Shown: piece by piece, positions 1 through 7,476 of the stretch
Layout: each line of letters begins with the position of its first letter
Position numbering within the stretch: the first letter of the stretch is position 1
Assembly: GCA_031278675.1 (NCBI GenBank)
Contig: JAITJY010000082.1
Coordinates: 1 to 32,209 of the forward strand
Length of the DNA: 32,209 bases
Reading direction: 5' to 3'
DNA from: Bifidobacteriaceae bacterium
GTDB taxonomy: Bacteria > Actinomycetota > Actinomycetes > Actinomycetales > WQXJ01
Program-made: the position numbers and the translations under genes
Notes under the pieces: model-generated
Databases searched by the model: none
The model's input: the letters and a program-made list of their open reading frames with translations, nothing else
Told to the model about the DNA's origin: nothing

Positions 1-2
1 AC

Positions 3-929
3 ATCTCGATCGACGACACCCTGGCCGGCAATCCGCTGTTCTCCGGGCGGCGGCGCGGCGGTCTGGACGCAGTGCGCCTGGCAGCCCGGCTAGCGCCCGC
101 CACCGAAGGTGTGTTCCTGGTGCCCCTGGTCCGCGTCAGCTGGGTGGAGCCGTCCACCCTCTTAGAGGCCCTGGTCAGCCTAGAGATCGCCTCCAGCGGG
201 CGGCACGGTTGGGAGTTGCAGCTCGCCGAGGACGGTTCGCCCGCCGGCCACAGCGGCGAGTTGCTGACCGCGATTGTGGATGACACGTGGTCCGATGCCG
301 ACCCCCTGACACGCCTCGCCGCCTCCGCACGCGCTTTCCGCCGCAGGAAGCTGAATGGGGCGGCCTCGGCGGGCCACGCCCGCCTGGCCCCTCGCCATCC
401 CGTCGCCGTGATGCGCGCCGACAATCCCGCCAGCGCCGCTTTGGCTGTAGAGCGCGCTGATGTCGCCCGCGTCACCGTTGGGACGCATTCCGAGGCTGCC
501 GCCAAACGCAGTTCCTTGAAGGATGCCGCTGCCAAGTCCGGCCGCGATCCGGCGCAGTTGAAGGTTCTCGTGGACCTGACCATTACCCTCGCGGATGTGC
601 CCGCGCACGCTGAGGCGCGCAAGGATCTGGCCGAAGAGATCCTGGGGCAACGGTTGGGCGGTGACGGGATCAGGTTCGTTGGGACGCCTGCCGCTCTGGC
701 TGACTCTTGTGCCGAATGGGTGGCGACCGAGGCTTGCGACGGTTTCACATTCCTGCCGACCTCATTGCCTGTTGACCTGATGATGCTGGTCAGCGGCGTG
801 ACCCCGGTCCTGGCTGCCGCCGGTCACATGCCGGGCGCCTACCGGCGCCCCTACCCCGGGGCTGGTGTCCCCCGCGCCATTCCGGTGCCCCGGCTCCGCC
901 GGGCGCCCCGCCCCGCCGGTGCGGGTTAG
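3..929 (+). CDS. LLM-class (luciferase-like, NtaA/DmoA-like) flavin-dependent oxidoreductase, 5'-truncated by window edge, divergent
   Basis: Frame is open from position 3 (ISIDDTL...GLDAVRLAARLAPAT). Family-like segments: LASLD/SGGRAGW equivalent (LVSLEIASSGRHGW), GRDP.QLKVL, FVGTPAALAD..AEW....ACDGF. Stop overlaps the convergent cimA stop (TTAG, 926-929). Confidence 0.7.
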   Translation: MSIDDTLAGNPLFSGRRRGGLDAVRLAARLAPATEGVFLVPLVRVSWVEPSTLLEALVSLEIASSGRHGWELQLAEDGSPAGHSGELLTAIVDDTWSDADPLTRLAASARAFRRRKLNGAASAGHARLAPRHPVAVMRADNPASAALAVERADVARVTVGTHSEAAAKRSSLKDAAAKSGRDPAQLKVLVDLTITLADVPAHAEARKDLAEEILGQRLGGDGIRFVGTPAALADSCAEWVATEACDGFTFLPTSLPVDLMMLVSGVTPVLAAAGHMPGAYRRPYPGAGVPRAIPVPRLRRAPRPAGAG

Positions 930-2530
930 TCAGCGCCGGTGCGCGCGGCCACGCCCGCGCGGAGCAAACCGTAGGTGAACGCGTCGGTCAAGGCCTCCCA
1001 GGAGGCCTCAATGATGTTGCTGCCCACGCCCACAGTGCGCCAGACCTCAGCGCCGTTGGTGGATTCGATCATCACCCGGGTGACCGCATCGGTGCCCCGC
1101 GCGGAATCCAAGATCCGGACCTTGTAGTCCACCAGGTCGATCTGCTCCAATTCGGGATAGATAACTGTTAGCGCTAACCGGAGGGCGGCATCCAGCGCGT
1201 TGACTGGACCGTTACCTTCGCCGGTGGCGACAAACCGGCGCTCGCCGGCCCACAGTTTGACGGTCGCCTCCGAGGCAGCTTCGCCAGCGGCCGCGCCCCG
1301 GGCGGTCTCGGAAATGGTCCGCCAGGACTCGACCCGGAAGTATTCGGGCCGCCCGCTGGGCAACTCGCCACGCAAGAGAAGCTCGAATGATGCATCGGCG
1401 GCATCGAACGTGTAACCCTGCGCCTCCAAGTCCTTGACTTTTTCGGTAATCCGGGTCAGCACCGCGTTCTGGCCGGCCAAGTCGAAACCCAACTCCTTGC
1501 CTTTGAGTTCGACGGAAGCTCGGCCCGCCATCTCCGAGACCAACATGCGCCTGTCATTCCCCACCAGAACTGGGTCAATGTGCTGGTAGAGATCAGGATC
1601 CACGCGGATCGCGGAGGCGTGCAAGCCCGCCTTGTGGGCGAAGGCGGACATCCCAACATAAGGCTGGCGGGCAAACGGAGCAATGTTGGTCACTTCACTG
1701 ATCGCATGAGCCACTGCGGTCAAATCAGCCAACTGTGCGGGGCCGACGGCACCCAAACCGTTCTTGACAACCAGGTTCGGGATGATAGCAGTCAGGTCAG
1801 CGTTGCCGGTGCGTTCACCGTAGCCGTTGATGGTGCCCTGGACGTGCATTGCGCCCGCACCGACTGCGGCCAAAGTGTTCGCGACCGCGCAACCGGTGTC
1901 GTTGTGGCAATGAATGCCATAGGCGTGGTTCACCAAGGCCTTGACTTCCGCAACAATCTGCGCAACCCACGGCGGGAGCATTCCGCCGTTCGTGTCGCAC
2001 AGCACCACCACCTCCGCGCCCGCCTCTGCGGCCGTGCGAACGCATTCGACCGTGTAGGCGGGGTCAAACCGGTAGCCGTCGAAGAAATGTTCTGCGTCCA
2101 GGAACACCCTGCGGCCTTCGGCCACCAGGAACGAGACCGTGTCCCCGATCATCGCCAGGTTCTCTTGCGCCGTGGTCCTCAGGGCACGTTCAACGTGCCG
2201 GATGTCCGACTTAGCGACCAGTGTCACCACTGGCGTCGCAGCGTCTAGCAGCGCTCTGACCTGCGGATCAGCCGCTGCTGTGGTGCCTGCCTTGCGGGTT
2301 GCCCCGAATGCTGCAAGCGTCGCATTGGTCAGGGTGACCTCTTTCGCCAGCCGTTGGAAGAACTCTGTGTCTTTCGGGATGGCGCCCGGCCAACCCCCCT
2401 CGATATAGCCGACCCCCAGCCGGTCGAGCAGTTCAGTGATTGCCAGTTTGTCCGCCACCGAGAGGTTCATGCCCTCTTGTTGGGCGCCATCGCGCAACGT
2501 GGTGTCGTAGACGTGGAATTCGGCGATCAT
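926..2530 (-). CDS. cimA: Citramalate synthase (LeuA-type DRE-TIM enzyme with C-terminal regulatory domain)
   Basis: YDTTLRDGAQQEG, FLDAEHFFDGY, GIHCHND, GTINGYGERTGNA, AFAHKAGLHASA, EGNGPVNALD, DYKVRI motifs. ATG at 2530 with RBS AAGGAA, preferred over the ORF-track start 2593. Confidence 0.92.
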   Translation of the reverse strand: MIAEFHVYDTTLRDGAQQEGMNLSVADKLAITELLDRLGVGYIEGGWPGAIPKDTEFFQRLAKEVTLTNATLAAFGATRKAGTTAAADPQVRALLDAATPVVTLVAKSDIRHVERALRTTAQENLAMIGDTVSFLVAEGRRVFLDAEHFFDGYRFDPAYTVECVRTAAEAGAEVVVLCDTNGGMLPPWVAQIVAEVKALVNHAYGIHCHNDTGCAVANTLAAVGAGAMHVQGTINGYGERTGNADLTAIIPNLVVKNGLGAVGPAQLADLTAVAHAISEVTNIAPFARQPYVGMSAFAHKAGLHASAIRVDPDLYQHIDPVLVGNDRRMLVSEMAGRASVELKGKELGFDLAGQNAVLTRITEKVKDLEAQGYTFDAADASFELLLRGELPSGRPEYFRVESWRTISETARGAAAGEAASEATVKLWAGERRFVATGEGNGPVNALDAALRLALTVIYPELEQIDLVDYKVRILDSARGTDAVTRVMIESTNGAEVWRTVGVGSNIIEASWEALTDAFTYGLLRAGVAARTGAD

Positions 2531-2605
2531 GGTTGTTTCCTTCGGTTGGGGTCGAGTCTGCCGGGTTGAGTTGCGCTGCCCGCCGGCCGCCATGGTGTGG
2601 CGGGC

Positions 2606-2639
2606 AACAAAAAACCTCCCGCCAGTGGGACGAGAGGTT
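2606..2639 (-). terminator. Intrinsic terminator of the cimA attenuator
   Basis: Minus strand reads AACCTCTCGTC-CCACT-GGCGGGAGGTT-TTTTGTT: 11-bp stem (two G-U pairs) plus U-tract, ~75 nt upstream of the cimA start. Confidence 0.85.
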
Positions 2640-2661
2640 CGCGCACCGAGCGGTCAAGCCG

Positions 2662-2700
2662 CTAGGCGCGCCCAATAATGACGATGGTGCGTGCGTTCAC
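2662..2700 (-). CDS. Attenuator leader peptide MNARTIVIIGRA (Thr-Ile-Val-Ile-Ile control codons)
   Basis: GTG AAC GCA CGC ACC ATC GTC ATT ATT GGG CGC GCC TAG, directly upstream of the terminator and of an isoleucine-pathway gene. Confidence 0.8.
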   Translation of the reverse strand: MNARTIVIIGRA

Positions 2701-2715
2701 CCTCCCATCGTGCCA
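2701..2715 (-). promoter_or_regulatory. Putative extended -10 (TG-G-CACGAT) giving a leaderless transcript that starts at the leader GTG
   Basis: Minus strand TGTGG-CACGAT-GGGAGG-GTG; 6 nt between hexamer and start codon. Confidence 0.45.
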
Positions 2716-2808
2716 CATCACGGCCCCCAGCGCGAAGTCCCTCCCCGCGCACGATGCCGTCCCCCCACACCCGGGGTTCTCCCCCTCCGGCAAGACCACC
2801 AGAACGCA

Positions 2809-3555
2809 TCAGCCGAGCAGCAGGTACAGGCCGGCTACCGCGACGAATGCCATGACCAGGCCGTCGAACAGTTTCTGGTTCAGGCGTTTGACCAGCCAGA
2901 CGCCAAGCCAGGTCCCGGCCAGGATGATCGGCGTGAAGATCAGGGCGAATAGGGCATTGGATGGCCGGATGATCCCCAAAGTGATCGAGATTGGGAGCTT
3001 GGTCGCATTGACCGCGAAGAAGAACCAGGCGGATGTGCCAAGGAACCGCATCTTGTCGAACCGGGATGCCAGCAGGTACAGGCTGAACGCCGGTCCGCCG
3101 GAGTTGGCGACCATGGTGGTGAACCCAGACAGGGAGCCGTACCCGTAGCGGACAATCCGCCGTTCGGCCTTGAGTTTGTCTGGCCGCAAACCCATAACCA
3201 GGAGAATCAGCACAATCACGCCTATGGTGCGCTTCAGCGCCAGGTCGCTGACCCAGGCCAGGAAGACTGCACCAATGGCTAGGCCCACCAGCACCGGGAG
3301 GATCAGGGAGGCGATCATTTTCCACTCGACGTGCTGGCGGTAAACCCAGATGGCAACCAAGTCCGCCACCAGATACATCACCAACACAGCGCCGGTCGAT
3401 TCTTTGGCTGGGAGCGTCGCCGCCATGGCGGCTACCGCCAGAAGCGCCACATTGCCAATCCCGGTCTTGGAGAATCCGACCAGGAAGGCGGCCACGGCGG
3501 CGAGGCCCCACCCCCACAGCGGCAGGGAAACCCAGATCTCGCTGAACTGATTCAC
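2809..3555 (-). CDS. Sulfite exporter TauE/SafE (TSUP) family membrane protein
   Basis: About 8 hydrophobic segments with motifs LVGFSKTG, STGAVL, SGFTTMVANSGGP, FLGTSAWFFFAVN..KLP. Start uncertain (GTG 3555 or 3591). Confidence 0.85.
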   Translation of the reverse strand: MNQFSEIWVSLPLWGWGLAAVAAFLVGFSKTGIGNVALLAVAAMAATLPAKESTGAVLVMYLVADLVAIWVYRQHVEWKMIASLILPVLVGLAIGAVFLAWVSDLALKRTIGVIVLILLVMGLRPDKLKAERRIVRYGYGSLSGFTTMVANSGGPAFSLYLLASRFDKMRFLGTSAWFFFAVNATKLPISITLGIIRPSNALFALIFTPIILAGTWLGVWLVKRLNQKLFDGLVMAFVAVAGLYLLLG

Positions 3556-3645
3556 TTGGTAATCATCGCGCGCCTGGGCCGCCCGGTCCACACCACTGGC
3601 GCGAAGCGCCTAGCGCGCCCCCGAAACCAACCTCGCCTGGCCGCG

Positions 3646-3742
3646 CCCGCATTGCGGACCACAATCAACCCCCGCACAGCGGACCACAATCAACCCCCGC
3701 ATTGCGCACCACAATCAACCCCCGCACAGCGGACCACAATCA
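3646..3742. repeat. Intergenic tandem repeat, 4 x 25 bp (two alternating variants give a 50-bp higher-order unit)
   Basis: CCCGC(ATT/ACA)GCG(G/C)ACCACAATCAACC starting at 3646, 3671, 3696 and 3721 (last copy diverges at its end). Confidence 0.92.
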
Positions 3743-3764
3743 GGCCCGCGCAGCGCGGCGGGCT

Positions 3765-4109
3765 TTACGCGGCGGCGGGCGAATACTCGCGCGGCATGCG
3801 CGCGCGGAGTTCTTTGTGGCGCTCGCCGCCAGCGTGGGTGGCGAGCATCCCCGGGCCAATGTGACCCGCAGTCAGTTCCACCACCAACAACGTACAGATT
3901 TGGCCTGGCTCTACGCCCTCGACGCGGTCGCCATCGACCACGATGGCCTCAATCCGGCCGTGACGTTTGGAGTGTAAGCCGTGTATATCAACGGTTTGAC
4001 CTGGGATTATGCTCCCGAGTTCGACCAGTCCCGAGATCGCGGTCCCATTGTCGACCAAGAAGACCTGCTCGATCTCGAACTGGAATTCTGAGGGCTGTGA
4101 CTCTTCCAC
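3765..4109 (-). CDS. Small stand-alone EF-Tu domain II-like beta-barrel protein
   Basis: Aligns by eye to domain II of the neighbouring EF-Tu (FQFEIEQVF..NGTAISGLVELG vs [21 protein letters not shown]; PGQICTLLV vs AGENCGLLL). GTG with RBS GAGGAG; TAGGAT -10-like hexamer at 4145-4150. Confidence 0.72.
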   Translation of the reverse strand: MEESQPSEFQFEIEQVFLVDNGTAISGLVELGSIIPGQTVDIHGLHSKRHGRIEAIVVDGDRVEGVEPGQICTLLVVELTAGHIGPGMLATHAGGERHKELRARMPREYSPAAA

Positions 4110-4375
4110 TATGCGCTCCTCTCTGAGTCTGACAGGATGCTTCCATCCTATCGGGGTTCGGGTTCGTCAGGGGTCAGACTAGCGATCGGATCTGACCGTT
4201 CCCTGAACCTGCCCGCCGCGCCGAACCGCGAGCCCCGAACTCGCCCCGCCCCAGCAAGCAGCCATCCGCCCAGGTCAGAACGTTGCACCCACCCCCTGCC
4301 CGATGCCGTCGCCCCACCCCCAGCCCCCGCCACCGCAGAACAGCAATCCAGCTACCGGCAGTGTTTCCACCGCGA

Positions 4376-5644
4376 TCAGCGACCAACCAACGCGACCAGC
4401 AGATTCACCGCCGCCGCCAGAATCAAAGTGCCGAACAGGTAGGACAGGAGTGCGTGCCGGAACACCTCGCGTCGCATGGCCTGGGTGTCTACTGGGGTGT
4501 CTGCTACCTGATAGGTCATGCCGATGGAGAACGCCACATAGGCGAAGTCCCAGTAGTTTGGGGCGTCCGCCTGATTGAAGCTCAGACCGGCGGACTTCTG
4601 ATGATAAAGCCTGGCGTAGCGCAGAGTAAACAGTGTGTGGATGAGCGCCCAAGACAGCGCCACTGAGACCACCGCCGCACCGGCGTGAGCCGTCCGGACC
4701 GGAGCGGGCAAACTGCGCGATGCGGCAAGCACGCCTACCAGGTCAATCAGGGACGCGATCGCCGCTGCGACCAACATCACGTCCATCACGGTGTGGCCCG
4801 GGTCTTCGCGCGTGGCGTGGAGCGCGGTTTCCCGCGCTCCGAGTCGCCAGATTCCCCGCCAAACCCGGATCAGGTAGGCCACGCAGATCGCGGCCCAAGC
4901 CGCCACTGGGGTGTAGATCCAGCCGAGCGCCAGGGCGGTGGCTCCGCCCACCACCAGACCAATCCCGGCGAGAATCAACGCTGACCGGCGAGCCTTGCCC
5001 CGAGGCGCCGGGTCCCCCGGCGCGACCCGTCCCTGGCATCGTCCGCCCGCCGACCGCCCCCGCCAATGCCCCGCCGCCGACGACTGTACCGAGCAGGACC
5101 CCGCCGCCGACCCTCCCGACCAAGGCTCCGCCGCAGGCTGCCCAGGCCAAGGCCCAGCAGCCGACCCTCCCGACCGAGACCCCGCCGCCGACCGCCCCGA
5201 CCAAGACCCCGCAGCCGACCCGCCCGACCGAGACTCCGCAGCCGACCGCCCCGGCCAAGGCCTCGCCGCCGACCCTCCCGACCGAGACCCCTCCGCCGAC
5301 CGCCCCGGCCAAGGCCCCGCAGCCGACCCGCCCGACCGAGACTCCGCAGCCGACCCTCCCGACCAAGGCTCCGCCGCAGGCCGCCCAGGCCAAGGCCCCG
5401 CCGCAGGATGCGGGTAGCGGTTAGGTGGCTGGGCTGGCCGAGGCTTCGCCTCGCCAACGCGCGGTGTGTTCAACGGCACCACCGTACCGCCCTGACCAGG
5501 GCGTTTGCGCTGCTCCGGCGCCGGGTCGGCGGCGTTAGGAGCCCGAGCCGCGCCCCGCCGGGCAATCCCCGACCGACCCCCACAAACACGGTACGTGCAG
5601 GTCCGCAGATAGTTCGGCGTCCCACCCTCAACTACACGCCTCAT
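4376..5644 (-). CDS. DUF1345-domain membrane protein with N-terminal repeat extension (start uncertain)
   Basis: C-terminal ~200 aa carries ATREDPG, LSW..IHTLFTLRYARLY, P.Y.DFAYVAFSIGMTYQV.DT, RHALLSYLFG. Candidate in-frame starts: ATG 5644 (CACACT 6 nt upstream, leaderless-like), GTG 5482, TTG 4978. Confidence 0.75.
   Translation of the reverse strand: MRRVVEGGTPNYLRTCTYRVCGGRSGIARRGAARAPNAADPAPEQRKRPGQGGTVVPLNTPRVGEAKPRPAQPPNRYPHPAAGPWPGRPAAEPWSGGSAAESRSGGSAAGPWPGRSAEGSRSGGSAARPWPGRSAAESRSGGSAAGSWSGRSAAGSRSGGSAAGPWPGQPAAEPWSGGSAAGSCSVQSSAAGHWRGRSAGGRCQGRVAPGDPAPRGKARRSALILAGIGLVVGGATALALGWIYTPVAAWAAICVAYLIRVWRGIWRLGARETALHATREDPGHTVMDVMLVAAAIASLIDLVGVLAASRSLPAPVRTAHAGAAVVSVALSWALIHTLFTLRYARLYHQKSAGLSFNQADAPNYWDFAYVAFSIGMTYQVADTPVDTQAMRREVFRHALLSYLFGTLILAAAVNLLVALVGR
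5024..5404. repeat. 27-bp (9-aa) tandem repeat, ~11 good plus ~3 degenerate units
   Basis: Units translate in the DUF1345 frame as AAGPWPGRP/AAEPWSGGS/AAESRSGGS/AAGPWPGRS... Confidence 0.9.
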
Positions 5645-5758
5645 GCGGCCAGTGTGCGGCGGATCGCCGACCGCCGCAGCCCACCCCCGAATCTGTCCGC
5701 ATTCTGAGCGTCCCGGCAGGAAACCGATGGGCCGGGACCGGCAAATCCGCGTCAGGCC

Positions 5759-5885
5759 ACCGGTTTGGGCAGTTTGATCACTTTTCGCAGACCCCCCAGA
5801 TTCCCCGCAACGCGCTGACCTGCGACGATGCCGCAACTCCAGCCCGCTCCCCCGGCCCCACAGTCGTCAAACTGCCCAAACCGGT
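5759..5885. repeat. 127-bp element bounded by perfect 19-bp inverted repeats (MITE/REP-like)
   Basis: ACCGGTTTGGGCAGTTTGA (5759-5777) and its exact reverse complement TCAAACTGCCCAAACCGGT (5867-5885). Confidence 0.8.
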
Positions 5886-5889
5886 CACA

Positions 5890-6075
5890 CCCCGGCCGGA
5901 AACCGAAGCGCCGGGCCGGGACGAGGGACGCGACAGGAGACCGGGACGGCGACGGGAAGGGGGCCGGGACGAGCACGCGGTAAGAAACCGGGGGCGACGG
6001 GAGACCGGGACGGCGGCGGAATGCCGGGACGGGGCAGGAGACCCGGAGGGACGAGGGGCGGCAGGAAAACGGGGA
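5890..6075. repeat. Degenerate purine-rich repeat built on CCGGGACG / GGAGACCGGG
   Basis: About five CCGGGACG cores at irregular spacing just downstream of the tuf terminator. Confidence 0.6.
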
Positions 6076-6089
6076 GTGCGGGGGATGCT

Positions 6090-6123
6090 AAAGGGGGTCG
6101 AGGCGTTGGCCTCGACCCCCTTT
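6090..6123. terminator. Intrinsic terminator after tuf (potentially bidirectional)
   Basis: AAAGGGGGTCGAGGC-GTTG-GCCTCGACCCCCTTT perfect 15-bp inverted repeat, 13 nt after the tuf stop. Confidence 0.9.
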
Positions 6124-6136
6124 GTTTAGCGCGGAG

Positions 6137-7324
6137 CTACTTCAGGATCTTGGTGACCCGGCCGGAGCCGACTGTGCGGCCGCCCTCGCGGATGGCGAAG
6201 CCTAGGCCTTCTTCCATCGCGATCGGCTGGATCAACTCAACGGTCATGGCGGTGTTGTCACCGGGCATCACCATCTCGACGTCCTCCGGGAGGGTGATGA
6301 CACCGGTCACGTCAGTGGTGCGGAAATAGAACTGCGGGCGGTAGTTCGAATAGAACGGGTTGTGCCGGCCGCCTTCGTCCTTGTTCAGCACATAGACCTG
6401 CGCCTCGAAGTTGGTGTGCGGGGTGATGGTGCCGGGCTTAGCCACGACCTGTCCCCGCTCCACCTCTTCGCGCTTGATGCCGCGCAGCAGCAGACCGCAG
6501 TTCTCACCAGCCCACGCTTCATCCATCGACTTGTGGAACATCTCGATCCCGGTGACGATGGTCTTCTGAGTGGGACGCAAGCCCAAGATCTCAACCTCAG
6601 AGTTAATCGGCAGCTTGCCCCGATCCACCTTGCCAGTCACCACGGTGCCCCGGCCGGTGATGGTGAAAACATCCTCGATCGGCATCAAGAACGGCTTGTC
6701 CATGTCACGGACTGGGTCGGGGATGTAGTCATCCACGGCATCCATCAGTTCCTTGACACCCTTGGACCATTCCGGGTCGCCTTCCAACGCCTTCAGGGCG
6801 GAAACACGGATGACCGGTGCGTCCTCATCGAAGCCCTGCGAACCGAGCAGTTCGCGTACTTCGAGTTCGACCAGTTCCAGGATTTCCTCGTCTTCTACCA
6901 TGTCCGCCTTATTCAGGGCGACCAGCAGCGACGGCACACCCACCTGGCGGGCCAGCAGAACATGCTCACGGGTCTGGGCCATGGGCCCGTCATCCGCGCC
7001 AACCACCAGGATCGCGCCGTCCATTTGGGCAGCGCCGGTGATCATGTTCTTGATGTAGTCGGCGTGACCCGGCGCGTCCACGTGCGCATAGTGCCGCTTA
7101 GCTGTCTCGTATTCGACGTGTGCGATGTTGATCGTGATGCCGCGCTGCTTCTCTTCCGGCGCCTTGTCGATCTCATCGAACGGTGTGAACGGATTCAACT
7201 CCGGGAATTCGTCATGCAGCACCCGGGTGATGGCCGCGGTCAAAGTGGTCTTGCCGTGGTCAACGTGTCCGATGGTGCCGATGTTCACGTGCGGCTTGTT
7301 CCGCTCGAACTTGGCCTTAGCCAC
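6137..7324 (-). CDS. tuf: Elongation factor Tu
   Basis: [40 protein letters not shown] with RBS AGGAGG. Confidence 0.99.
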   Translation of the reverse strand: MAKAKFERNKPHVNIGTIGHVDHGKTTLTAAITRVLHDEFPELNPFTPFDEIDKAPEEKQRGITINIAHVEYETAKRHYAHVDAPGHADYIKNMITGAAQMDGAILVVGADDGPMAQTREHVLLARQVGVPSLLVALNKADMVEDEEILELVELEVRELLGSQGFDEDAPVIRVSALKALEGDPEWSKGVKELMDAVDDYIPDPVRDMDKPFLMPIEDVFTITGRGTVVTGKVDRGKLPINSEVEILGLRPTQKTIVTGIEMFHKSMDEAWAGENCGLLLRGIKREEVERGQVVAKPGTITPHTNFEAQVYVLNKDEGGRHNPFYSNYRPQFYFRTTDVTGVITLPEDVEMVMPGDNTAMTVELIQPIAMEEGLGFAIREGGRTVGSGRVTKILK

Positions 7325-7476
7325 TGGGTCCCTCCTAAGGACTTGAGTAGTTGCACCTGTGGGTCTGCCTTGGCCGGTCTAGGCCGGCCGGGTCCTTTGC
7401 TAAGGACCGGCTATAGGGCGACGCGCAAGTCTCCTACGGTTTTTCTTTTCTGTACTACTTTAATGGACCGCTAGAC

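Noticed and set aside
3646-3742. Possible CRISPR array
   Set aside because: Units are contiguous with no unique spacers, and there are no cas genes in the window.
4720-5707. Plus-strand Pro/Thr-, Asp/Pro- and Arg/Pro-repeat ORFs
   Set aside because: Alternative readings of the 27-bp repeat with no RBS or domain; the minus frame joins DUF1345.
7440-7476. Internal tuf promoter (TAAAGT -10-like hexamer in an AT-rich patch)
   Set aside because: No convincing -35; cannot be supported without TSS data.
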